Counted from the first letter of the stretch, positions 8,244 through 16,280 are shown. The stretch: 36,438 bases of DNA from Firmicutes bacterium UBA4053 (GCA_002382125.1 DFZP01000019.1:1-36438); one strand, 5' to 3'. Program-made: numbers and translations. Notes: a model not told the origin generated them from the letters alone.

Positions 8244-9095
8244 TTACCTGCCGGAACAGAGTTTTACAAAAGCGTCTGCCGGCTCTGCCAGCCATTCCCT
8301 GTATTCATTAATAAAGTCGATTACTTTCATACCTATCCAATCGTCAGGCAATAATTCCAGCGGCAGCCCCGGATCCGCAAAAGGGAACTTTCTATACTCG
8401 TGTGCCAGCAAAACCCGCTCCACAAAACACTCCACTGGATCTAAATGTTTATCCAGAATTAGCTTTTGTTGCAGATTTTGAAAATTAGAGAAATATTTTT
8501 TGTAAAAAACATTATAGGTCTCATTAATCTTACGCAAGTTCCAACATCTGGACACCAATTCCTTCTGATTGGCAAGTCCTAAAAAATCAGCGCGAAAAAG
8601 GTGGATGTTTTGACTGATACCCAAGGAGGCAGCTACTTTTTGGATCTCGGCAAAAGAATCATAAGGAGAGATCCAGCAGCCATAGCTTAATGGACCATAA
8701 CCCAACCAGGTCAATTCTTTACGCAGCCTTGCACGCAGGTTTCTCTTGCCCTCAGGAATAGAGTAGGCAAGAATCTGCCACTGTCCGTTCCACCCGGTAC
8801 TACGTTGACGTGTAAGAAATATCCGGTGGTAACCGCGTTCTAAAATTTCTATACTTTTATTCGTAAGCCGGTAGTAACTTTTATGCCCTACCCGTTTATT
8901 ATGAAGCCATTTATTGCCGCACATTCTGGACAATGCGGAACGAATTGCCTGATCAGTGTACTCCAAGGGCTGCAACATTTTAATAATGCTCCCTACGGTG
9001 AATTCTCCTCCCCGGTAATACAGAAAGTCACCTATTAAAGTAAAAATAATAGATTGGGTACGAACCAGCCTCCGCGGTAGCATCCTACCGTTCAT
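8244..9095 (-). CDS. PaaX-family transcriptional regulator
   Basis: An N-terminal winged-helix region 'SIIFTLIGDFL...GSIIKMLQPLEYTDQAIRSALSRM' is followed by a PaaX_C-like region 'WNGQWQILAYSIPE..R..R..LRKELTWLGYGPL..G.WISP'. The start codon is uncertain because the SD is only 1 nt from the first ATG. Confidence 0.8.
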   Translation of the reverse strand: MNGRMLPRRLVRTQSIIFTLIGDFLYYRGGEFTVGSIIKMLQPLEYTDQAIRSALSRMCGNKWLHNKRVGHKSYYRLTNKSIEILERGYHRIFLTRQRSTGWNGQWQILAYSIPEGKRNLRARLRKELTWLGYGPLSYGCWISPYDSFAEIQKVAASLGISQNIHLFRADFLGLANQKELVSRCWNLRKINETYNVFYKKYFSNFQNLQQKLILDKHLDPVECFVERVLLAHEYRKFPFADPGLPLELLPDDWIGMKVIDFINEYREWLAEPADAFVKLCSGR

Positions 9096-9429
9096 TCCTC
9101 CTTTTTTTAGTCCACATAAACTAAAGTCAACCTTTCAGCTCTCCAATCCGGAATATTTCAGAAAAAACGAGATCAATTTTTTTTCGTCATGGTATTTTAA
9201 TACTATATCCAACAACAACTGGCTTGTCAATGCCTGCTCAACTTATTTAACATTTCTCCTTTGCGGCAAGCACGGATATTCAGAACGCAGTATTACAGGT
9301 ATGAACGGTATTAAAATTCGTGGAAACCGTTCGCCTACGATTATCTACCATTCACACCAGGTTTACAACTATTAAAGTATATTTTCTTGGGGTTCCGGGG
9401 TCAACAATGGTATAAATATAAGATAAGGA

Positions 9430-9452
9430 TATAATCCTGGAGCAGGATTATA
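9430..9452. promoter_or_regulatory. Perfect palindrome TATAATCCTG-gag-CAGGATTATA, a candidate operator overlapping a TATAAT box
   Basis: Read directly from the sequence. The 10-bp arms are 9430-9439 and 9443-9452, and the element ends 28 nt upstream of the bcrC-like start codon. Confidence 0.5.
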
Positions 9453-9480
9453 AATCATAAATTTAGGGAGGGAAGAAGAA

Positions 9481-10605
9481 GTGATCGAAAAGTTCCAGGA
9501 AATTTACGAAAACCGTCACGAGTATGCCAAAAGATGGAAGGAGGTGACAAAGGGAAAGGTAATTGGGTATTTCTGTACTTACGCACCAGAAGAATTAATG
9601 TACGCGGCAGGAATACTCCCCGTCAGAATACTTGGTAGCCACGAACCGCAGGATGTTACCGGAATGCATATCCATGGAATGTATTGCCCCTTCTGCCGCG
9701 ATGTTCTGGCTCAAGGGTTAAAAGGACGCTACGACTACCTGGACGGTATCATGATTTCTCAATCCTGTTTGCATGTGCGCCAGTCCTTTAATAGTTGGAA
9801 AAAGCATGTTCCAGTCGATTATGCTTACTACCTGTATATGCCCAATCACGTTCAAAACAATAATGCCAGGCCATACTTAAGGGCAGAACTGCAGGAATTT
9901 AAAAATTCCCTGGAAGCATGGACGGGTAAAGAAATCACGGAAGCAGCTCTAAAAGAAGCTATTGAGGTATACAATACTAACCGCCGCTTGCTGCGGGAAA
10001 TATATGAACTACGCAAGGACAATAACCCGCCTCTTTCAGGCTTAGAAGCAATGTACCTGGTAGTATCCAGTCAGATGAGCGATAAAAAAGAACACAATGA
10101 TATGCTGGCTAAATTAAAGGAATTACTTCCCAGCCGGCCGGTCCATGAACCTGGTGTAAGATTGTTAACAGTAGGCAGTGAAAATGATGATATAGAGTTG
10201 GTTAGATTGATAGAAGATCTGGGCGCTACTGTTGTAATCGATGAACATTGTACTGGAAGCCGCTATTTCTGGAATGAAGTAATACCGGACAGCGACCTTC
10301 TGCAAGCAATTGCAAACCGCTATATTGACCGGCCTCGCTGTCCGACCAAAGATTACGAAAGAAGAGACAGGTTGCCTTTTATAATGACGCTGGCTAAAGA
10401 ATATGATGTCCGGGGAGCCATTATACTACAGCAAAAATTCTGTGACCCGCACGAATGCGACAATCCTACGATTATAAAAAATCTAGAAGAAGCAGGGATA
10501 CCAACTTATTTCCTTGAACTCGATGTAACAGTTCCATACGGTCAATTTAAAATCCGGCTGGAAGCATTCCTTGAGATGCTCCATGCAGATGAGTTATTTG
10601 TATAG
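9481..10605 (+). CDS. BcrC/BadD/HgdB-family subunit (benzoyl-CoA reductase / 2-hydroxyacyl-CoA dehydratase family)
   Basis: GTG start with GGGAGGGAAG SD. 'KVIGYFCTYAPEELMYAAGILPVRILG' is the family N-terminal signature. Conserved Cys residues are present (C32, C69, C72, C96, C258, C322). The size (374 aa) matches BcrC/BzdN. Confidence 0.8.
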   Translation: MIEKFQEIYENRHEYAKRWKEVTKGKVIGYFCTYAPEELMYAAGILPVRILGSHEPQDVTGMHIHGMYCPFCRDVLAQGLKGRYDYLDGIMISQSCLHVRQSFNSWKKHVPVDYAYYLYMPNHVQNNNARPYLRAELQEFKNSLEAWTGKEITEAALKEAIEVYNTNRRLLREIYELRKDNNPPLSGLEAMYLVVSSQMSDKKEHNDMLAKLKELLPSRPVHEPGVRLLTVGSENDDIELVRLIEDLGATVVIDEHCTGSRYFWNEVIPDSDLLQAIANRYIDRPRCPTKDYERRDRLPFIMTLAKEYDVRGAIILQQKFCDPHECDNPTIIKNLEEAGIPTYFLELDVTVPYGQFKIRLEAFLEMLHADELFV

Positions 10606-10617
10606 GAGGGAAAAAGA

Positions 10618-11937
10618 ATGTCTGCTCTTTATAAAACCAGACCTTTGAAATGTTGGAATAAAGCCAAAGAAATGCGCGATAGTTTTTACAGGCGTTACGC
10701 AACTATTAAAGACCAAGGCGGTATCCGGTGGGCAGGCAGTGCCTGGTCATTTGATGTCTTGACAAAAGGGTTAGGAGACGATGTAGCTAATCTTACCAGT
10801 GAGCCTTATGGCGCTTCTATTGCTGCCAGCAATCCTAGGTTTGCAGTAAACTGCTTCGAAGCGTGTGAAGCTCACGGTTATGCCCGTGATTTATGCGCTT
10901 ACATGCGAGCCTATTGGGGTTCTGTATTTTTAGACAAATATGTCTACGGCGGGCCTTTCCCAAAACCCGACTTTGCTTTAACAACAGGCATCTGCTGTAG
11001 TCACTGTAAATGGTATCAGGTAGTATCAGAATGGGAGAACATACCTTATTTCGGCATAGATATAGGTACGGCTGCAGGTAAGGAAAATTTAAAACAACAC
11101 CATATTGATTATGTAGCTAACCAGAGTTTGGAAGCCATTGAGTGGATGGAAAAAGTAACCGGACGCAAATTTGATGATGAAAAATTCATTCAAGCAGTAT
11201 TAAATGAATTCCGCACTACATCCTTATGGGCGGAAATATGCTATCTTAACCAGGCAGTTCCTGCTCCCCTGGATGAAAAGTCCATGTTCACCCTGTATGT
11301 ACACACTACCCTGGACAAAACCTCAAAAGAGGTTGTTGACTTTTACGAAGAGGTTTTGGCAGAAGTAAAAGAGCGGATCGCTGAAGGCATTGCCGCAGTT
11401 CCAATTGAACGGTCCCGGATAATAAGTGATAGCCAGCCACCATGGTCGTTTTTAAAATTGTTCCGTTATTTAGAAGAGTATGGCGCAGTTTCAATAGGAT
11501 CATATTATACTTACTGTTTAACAGCAAATTGGGATTTTGAACGTCAACCAGACGGACATATCAAGCTTACACCCGCCATTACTCCCCAGAAAAAAGGCAT
11601 CACCATTAAGACTAGGGAAGAGGCTGCACGTGTGTATGCGGAATGGAATCAAAGCAAGATAATATACATCAACTTTGCTGACATGCATTTTAAAACCGAT
11701 GTTCTTATCAGCATGGTAAAGGACTGGAAGGCAGATGGCGTCATATTACAATTTAACCGTGGTTGCGAAGGAACCACCCTGGGAGTTCCGGAAAACCGGC
11801 TGGGACTTTTAAAAGCAGGCATCCCAGTGGTTGCCTATGAAGGAAACATGGGCGATGCCCGGGAATTTGACGAAGGTTCTACGTTAGCCCGCATTGATTC
11901 ATTTATGGAGAGCATGAACTACAAGAAATCAAACTGA
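10618..11937 (+). CDS. BcrB/BadE/BzdO-like subunit of the same family
   Basis: AGGAGGG SD, 12 nt after the previous stop. The N-terminal third, 'LYKTRPLKCWNKAKEMR...GGIRWAGSAW...EPYGASIA...ARDLCAYMRAYWG...FPKPDF...ICCSHCKWYQ', resembles what I remember of class I benzoyl-CoA reductase beta subunits. The size (439 aa) also fits. Confidence 0.8.
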   Translation: MSALYKTRPLKCWNKAKEMRDSFYRRYATIKDQGGIRWAGSAWSFDVLTKGLGDDVANLTSEPYGASIAASNPRFAVNCFEACEAHGYARDLCAYMRAYWGSVFLDKYVYGGPFPKPDFALTTGICCSHCKWYQVVSEWENIPYFGIDIGTAAGKENLKQHHIDYVANQSLEAIEWMEKVTGRKFDDEKFIQAVLNEFRTTSLWAEICYLNQAVPAPLDEKSMFTLYVHTTLDKTSKEVVDFYEEVLAEVKERIAEGIAAVPIERSRIISDSQPPWSFLKLFRYLEEYGAVSIGSYYTYCLTANWDFERQPDGHIKLTPAITPQKKGITIKTREEAARVYAEWNQSKIIYINFADMHFKTDVLISMVKDWKADGVILQFNRGCEGTTLGVPENRLGLLKAGIPVVAYEGNMGDAREFDEGSTLARIDSFMESMNYKKSN

Positions 11938-11948
11938 ATGGGACAACT

Positions 11949-12037
11949 TATAGTGCAGGTGGAGACGGTTCTTGACTTGCCTGGAAAAACACTTCCATTG
12001 AGCGAGCAAGCAAGAAACCGTCCCCACCTGCACTATA
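11949..12037. terminator. Long imperfect inverted repeat (26/27-nt arms, 36-nt loop) between convergent genes
   Basis: tatagtgcaggtggagacggttcttg (11949-11974) pairs with caagaaaccgtccccacctgcactata (12011-12037), with one mismatch and one 1-nt bulge. The right arm overlaps the stop codon of the methyltransferase gene. Confidence 0.65.
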
Positions 12038-12827
12038 AACGTTGGCGCACTGCTTCATAAAGCATGATTGAAGCGGCTACCGCGGCATTTAAGGACTCGG
12101 CATGCCCGGGCATGGATATACTTACCACGTGATTTGCCTGTCTTAAAATTTCATCGGAACACCCGCTGGATTCATTGCCCACGGCCAGGATGGTGGGAAG
12201 AGTTAAGTCGCAGGAACTCAGGGTTTCCACCGCTGCAGGAGCGCCCGCCACCAACTGCAGGCCCGTTGCAGACGCAAAGCGCAGCACATCCCCGGCTTGG
12301 GAAACCTCAATCGCAGGCAAATGAAATAATGATCCCATCGTGGCCCGTAATGTTTTCGGGTTATATAGATCGACCGTACCTTTAAGCAGGATAACTCCCT
12401 GAGCGCCGGCAGCATCGGCACTGCGCACAATAGTACCAAGGTTGCCCGGGTCCTGCACGCCGTCTACCAGCAGCAGCAGGGAAGGACTCCGGTCAAACAG
12501 TTGGGTCAGCGGCGTTTCCTGATACCTGCCTACTGCCAGCACACCCTGTGGCGTTTTAGTGCCGGCCAGTTTACAAAAAACCGCCTCGCTCACTTCCAGC
12601 AACTGAATGCCCGCAGCGCTGGCCAACGCCAATATTGTCTGTCCCTGACTGCTCTTTTCCCACGAAGGAATATAAATCAGTTGTTCCAGCGGCCATTTAT
12701 ACAGCAGGGCTTCCCTTACCATAAGGTTGCCTTCAATAATAAACTTGCCTTCCCTTTCCCTGAATCGCCGCCGGGCAAGACGGCTTAAATATTTTACCTG
12801 GGGGTTGTGTAAGCTGGTAACCGGCAT
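12033..12827 (-). CDS. TrmH/SpoU-family RNA 2'-O-methyltransferase (YsgA/RlmB-like)
   Basis: An N-terminal 'NPQVKYLSRLARRRFREREGKFIIEG' substrate-binding domain is followed by SpoU motifs 'LVDGVQDPGNLGTIVRSA', 'LAVGNESSG' and 'ISMPGHAESLNAAVAASI'. Confidence 0.85.
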   Translation of the reverse strand: MPVTSLHNPQVKYLSRLARRRFREREGKFIIEGNLMVREALLYKWPLEQLIYIPSWEKSSQGQTILALASAAGIQLLEVSEAVFCKLAGTKTPQGVLAVGRYQETPLTQLFDRSPSLLLLVDGVQDPGNLGTIVRSADAAGAQGVILLKGTVDLYNPKTLRATMGSLFHLPAIEVSQAGDVLRFASATGLQLVAGAPAAVETLSSCDLTLPTILAVGNESSGCSDEILRQANHVVSISMPGHAESLNAAVAASIMLYEAVRQRL

Positions 12828-12854
12828 GAAAGCCTCCCTTATTACCCTTCCAAA

Positions 12855-13499
12855 TTACTCTTCTAGCTTTTCCAGCTTTTCATCGCGGCCGATAACCACC
12901 AGTACGTCGCCCTCGGCAATTACCTGCCGGGCGCCTGGAGAAATAATGATGTCCCCTCCCCGCCGGATGGCCATTACTGTCGCACCGTATTTCTGCCGCA
13001 GGGCCAACCTTTCAAGAGTTTCACCGGCAAATTTGGCGGGGGCAATCAATTCTACAATACTGTAATCCGACGAGAGGTGAATCTGGTCAATGATATTGCG
13101 GGAAACCAGGGTGTGGGCCAGGCGTACTCCCATATCCCGCTCGGGGAATACCACTATATCGGCGCCCACCTTTTCCAAAACCCTGCCGTGCAATTCGTCC
13201 ATGGCTTTGGTTACTATCCTTGATACTCCCATTTCCTTAAGCATTACCGTCACCAGGATGCTGGCCTTTATTTCCTGCCCAATGGCTACGATAACCGTAT
13301 CAAAATTCCGCAGACCCAAAGACTTTAAAGCCTTCTCCTCCAGCACGTTCACCTGTTCTGCGCAGGTAACATCCTCAGCAATGTCGTTTACCCTTTCCTC
13401 GTCGCCGTCTATTGCCAGTACCTCGTAGCCCATTTTAGCAAGTGTTCTTGCAACACTGGAACCAAAGCGGCCCAATCCAATTACAGCAAACTGTTTCAC
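12855..13499 (-). CDS. ktrA: K+ uptake system regulatory subunit KtrA (RCK domain)
   Basis: GTG start. It has the Rossmann motif 'FAVIGLGRFGSSVARTL' and a C-terminal TrkA_C region. The size (214 aa) fits KtrA rather than TrkA. Confidence 0.9.
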   Translation of the reverse strand: MKQFAVIGLGRFGSSVARTLAKMGYEVLAIDGDEERVNDIAEDVTCAEQVNVLEEKALKSLGLRNFDTVIVAIGQEIKASILVTVMLKEMGVSRIVTKAMDELHGRVLEKVGADIVVFPERDMGVRLAHTLVSRNIIDQIHLSSDYSIVELIAPAKFAGETLERLALRQKYGATVMAIRRGGDIIISPGARQVIAEGDVLVVIGRDEKLEKLEE

Positions 13500-13508
13500 A
13501 TTTTATCC

Positions 13509-14885
13509 CTACCCGATTATTATTTTTTCCTCCGGATGTCTTACAAAAGGTTTGCGCCGGCGCTGGGCCAGGGCATATGTCAGAGTCAAAGGCCCTAAAC
13601 GCCCGGAAAACATGGTAAATATAATGGCTATCCTCCCCGGGTCGGTAAGCTGCGGCGTGAGGCCCATGCTTAAGCCCACCGTTCCGAAGGCAGAAACCGT
13701 TTCAAATAAAGTGGTCAGAAAATCTCTTTCTTCCGTGACACTCAATACCAAAGTCATTATAATCACCAGGCTCATGGCCAGCAGCAAGACGGACAGGGCT
13801 TTATACACCTGCCGGGAGGGAATCCGCCGGTTCAATATTTCCACGTCTTCCTTGCCTGCTGCCAGCGACCAGCCGGCCATTAACAATAAACCAAAAGTTG
13901 TAGTTTTTATACCTCCGCCGGTGGAACCAGGAGAAGCGCCGATAAACATCAAAATAATCAGGAGGAACTGAGTGGCGGAACGCAGATGACTGATGTCTAC
14001 AGTATTAAAGCCTGCCGTACGCGGCACTACTGATTGAAAGTAGGCAGCGAGAAATTTTCCCTGCAATGGAAGAAAACGAAGAGTATTGGACCATTCTAAG
14101 AGAAGAAAAAAAAGAAAACCGGTAAGAATCAAAAGAACGGTTATTATTATTACCAGCCTGGTATGTACCGACAGCTTCTTGCAGCGCCAGTTGTATACTT
14201 CCAGAACTACAGAAAAACCGATTCCCCCAAGAATGATCAGGGTAGTTATCGAAAAATTGACCACCACATCGTTAACATAGCCGGTAAGGCTGCGAAACTG
14301 CCCGAAAACATCAAAACCGGAGTTGTTAAAAGCCGAGATGGAGTGAAACAACCCAAACCATAAGCAGCGCGGCCACCCCAGTTCCGGAAACCACCGCCAG
14401 GAAAGAATCAAGGTAAAGACGCCTTCGGTGACAAGGGTAAACAGCAAAACTGCTTTTACCATTCTCACTATCCCGGCCATGTTTAACTGGTTTAAAGATT
14501 CCCTGATCAGCATGCGTTCCTTTAACCCGATGCGGCGGCCCATCAGCAAAAAGAAAAAGGTGGCTGTGGTCATGAATCCCAGGCCGCCCACCTGGATCAG
14601 AAACAATATGATCGCCTGTCCAAAGATAGACCAGTAGGTTCCCGTATCTACCACTACCAGACCGGTAACACATACTGCAGAAGTAGCCGTAAACAAAGCT
14701 GTAAGGAAACCGGTCTGCTGGCCTGAGGCTGTTGATAAAGGCAGACAAAGCAACGCTGCCCCCATCAGGATAACTATAGCAAAGCCTCCCACCAGGATCT
14801 GCGGTGGACTAAACCGCCGGAAAAAGGGCTTATGCTCACGGGCAGCAAGAACTGCATTCCCCCGCCCATTAACAATTTCGGTCAC
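13509..14885 (-). CDS. ktrB: K+ transporter membrane subunit KtrB (TrkH/KtrB family)
   Basis: Polytopic membrane protein with repeated selectivity-filter-like segments: 'TATSAVCVTGL', 'HSISAFNNSGF', 'PRTAGFNT' and 'AFGTVGLSMG'. The GTG start lies 24 nt after the rplT stop. Confidence 0.9.
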   Translation of the reverse strand: MTEIVNGRGNAVLAAREHKPFFRRFSPPQILVGGFAIVILMGAALLCLPLSTASGQQTGFLTALFTATSAVCVTGLVVVDTGTYWSIFGQAIILFLIQVGGLGFMTTATFFFLLMGRRIGLKERMLIRESLNQLNMAGIVRMVKAVLLFTLVTEGVFTLILSWRWFPELGWPRCLWFGLFHSISAFNNSGFDVFGQFRSLTGYVNDVVVNFSITTLIILGGIGFSVVLEVYNWRCKKLSVHTRLVIIITVLLILTGFLFFLLLEWSNTLRFLPLQGKFLAAYFQSVVPRTAGFNTVDISHLRSATQFLLIILMFIGASPGSTGGGIKTTTFGLLLMAGWSLAAGKEDVEILNRRIPSRQVYKALSVLLLAMSLVIIMTLVLSVTEERDFLTTLFETVSAFGTVGLSMGLTPQLTDPGRIAIIFTMFSGRLGPLTLTYALAQRRRKPFVRHPEEKIIIG

Positions 14886-14909
14886 CCAGAAATCATCTCC
14901 ACAAGCGCC

Positions 14910-15269
14910 TTAAGATTCGAAGCCGGATTTTGCTACTTCTACCAATTGATCAAACGCTTTTGTATCGTTTACTGCCAGTTCTGCCAGCATTTTGCGATTT
15001 ATATTTACTCCCGCCTTGCGCAGACCGTTCATAAACCGGCTGTAAGAAAGACCGTTTAACCGCGCGGCGGCATTAATACGTGCAATCCACAGCCGGCGAA
15101 AGTTCCGCGCCCTTACTTTGCGGTCCCGGTAAGCATAAACAAGGGACTTCATAACCTGCTGTTTGGCTATTCTGTACAGTTTGCTTTTTGAACCACGGTA
15201 TCCCTTGGCCAGCTTTAAGATTTTCTTGTGTCGCCGGCGGGACACTACAGTGCTCTTGGCTCGCGGCAT
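14910..15269 (-). CDS. rplT: 50S ribosomal protein L20
   Basis: [26 protein letters not shown]... is unmistakably L20. Confidence 0.97.
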   Translation of the reverse strand: MPRAKSTVVSRRRHKKILKLAKGYRGSKSKLYRIAKQQVMKSLVYAYRDRKVRARNFRRLWIARINAAARLNGLSYSRFMNGLRKAGVNINRKMLAELAVNDTKAFDQLVEVAKSGFES

Positions 15270-15308
15270 TTAAAATCTCCCCCCCCCCGTCGTACTGTTT
15301 AAAAAATT

Positions 15309-15503
15309 TCAGGATGGCAACAACCGGCGTACTTTTCTAACATCCGCAGGACTTATTAGGAACGACTTGCGCAACCTACGTTTGCGCCGGGACGGCTTAT
15401 ATCCCAGCAGGTGACCGTGAAAGGCATGGGAAGCCTTGATTTTGCCGGTAGCCGTTCTCTTCAGCCGTTTAGCCGCGCCGCGGTGAGTCTTGATTTTCGG
15501 CAA
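15309..15503 (-). CDS. rpmI: 50S ribosomal protein L35
   Basis: TTG start with AAAGAGGT SD. MPKIKTHRGAAKRLKRTATGKIK... is L35. Confidence 0.97.
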   Translation of the reverse strand: MPKIKTHRGAAKRLKRTATGKIKASHAFHGHLLGYKPSRRKRRLRKSFLISPADVRKVRRLLPS

Positions 15504-15519
15504 GATGATTACCTCTTTT

Positions 15520-16056
15520 CTACTGCTGTTTCAGTTCCTGCTTAATTTCTTGCTTTGGCGCCAGGATCATGATCATGTTTTTCCCTTCCAGCCTGGCTTG
15601 CCTTTCCACCGTAGAAAAATCCTTGACGTGTTCTGCCAGGCGTTCTAAAAGTGCCTGCCCCATCCGGGGGTGAACAATTTCCCGCCCCCGGAACATAATG
15701 GTGGCTTTTACCTTGTCCCCCTCTTTTAAAAAGCGGGCGGCAGAATTTGCCTTGACCATAAAGTCATGATCTTCAATATTAGGCCTTAGCTTTACTTCTT
15801 TAATATTAACAATGTGTTGTTTTTTCCTGGCCTCTTTTCCCCGTTTGCTTTGCTCGTACTTGTATTTACCATAATCAACCAGACGGCATACTGGTGGCTT
15901 GGCCTGGGGGGCTATTTCCACCAGATCCTTTTCTTTTTCTTCAGCCAGGCGCAGAGCACTTGCCAGAGACATTATGCCTAATTGATTTCCATCCGAGTCT
16001 GTGATTCTTACTTCTTTAACCCTGATCTCTTCATTGACACGGAAATCCTTTGTAAT
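15520..16056 (-). CDS. infC: Translation initiation factor IF-3, with a non-canonical ATT start
   Basis: The IF-3 sequence begins at 'ITKDFRVNEEIRVKEVRI'. An in-frame ATT at complement(16054-16056) sits 9 nt downstream of AGGAGG. The ORF-track extension to 16119 encodes non-IF-3 residues and runs through the leader terminator. Confidence 0.93.
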   Translation of the reverse strand: MTKDFRVNEEIRVKEVRITDSDGNQLGIMSLASALRLAEEKEKDLVEIAPQAKPPVCRLVDYGKYKYEQSKRGKEARKKQHIVNIKEVKLRPNIEDHDFMVKANSAARFLKEGDKVKATIMFRGREIVHPRMGQALLERLAEHVKDFSTVERQARLEGKNMIMILAPKQEIKQELKQQ

Positions 16057-16213
16057 AACACACCACCTCCTGGAGATTTTAACAAAAAATAAAAGCGGAC
16101 AAACCCACTCCGCTTGCATAACTGAATATCAATTAACGGCAAACCTTATAAGTAACCATCCGGCACTATAAGGTGAGAAGCGGGCGGCTTCTGCTTTGTA
16201 ATGATTCAACATT
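16057..16213 (-). promoter_or_regulatory. Structured 5' leader of the infC-rpmI-rplT operon (L20-leader-type attenuator, assigned by position)
   Basis: The ~155-nt untranslated leader has several hairpins (agaagc/gcttct; ccttata/tataagg) and ends in an intrinsic terminator just before the infC SD. The arrangement matches the B. subtilis L20-controlled leader. I did not verify the L20-binding fold. Confidence 0.5.
16084..16115 (-). terminator. Leader (attenuator) terminator upstream of infC
   Basis: Minus-strand sequence is aagcgga-gtgggtttg-tccgctt followed by ttatttttt. It lies about 13 nt upstream of the infC SD. Confidence 0.65.
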
Positions 16214-16219
16214 GACTTA

Positions 16220-16248
16220 ATTATATACGTAAATAATTACAACGTCAA
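16220..16248 (-). promoter_or_regulatory. Sigma-A promoter of the infC operon
   Basis: On the minus strand: TTGACG (16243-16248), an exactly 17-nt spacer, then TATAAT (16220-16225). Confidence 0.65.
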
Positions 16249-16280
16249 CCTTTACATGAAAAATATTTACATAAAAACGG

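Noticed and set aside
14886-14909. Searched for a c-di-AMP (ydaO) riboswitch or promoter upstream of ktrB
   Set aside because: Only 24 nt separate rplT and ktrB, which cannot hold a riboswitch.
15520-16119. ORF-track version of infC starting at 16119 (MQAEWVCPLLFFVKISRRWCV...)
   Set aside because: The extra 21 residues are not IF-3-like, and the extension reads through the leader terminator and the SD. The in-frame ATT at 16054-16056 is preferred as the start.
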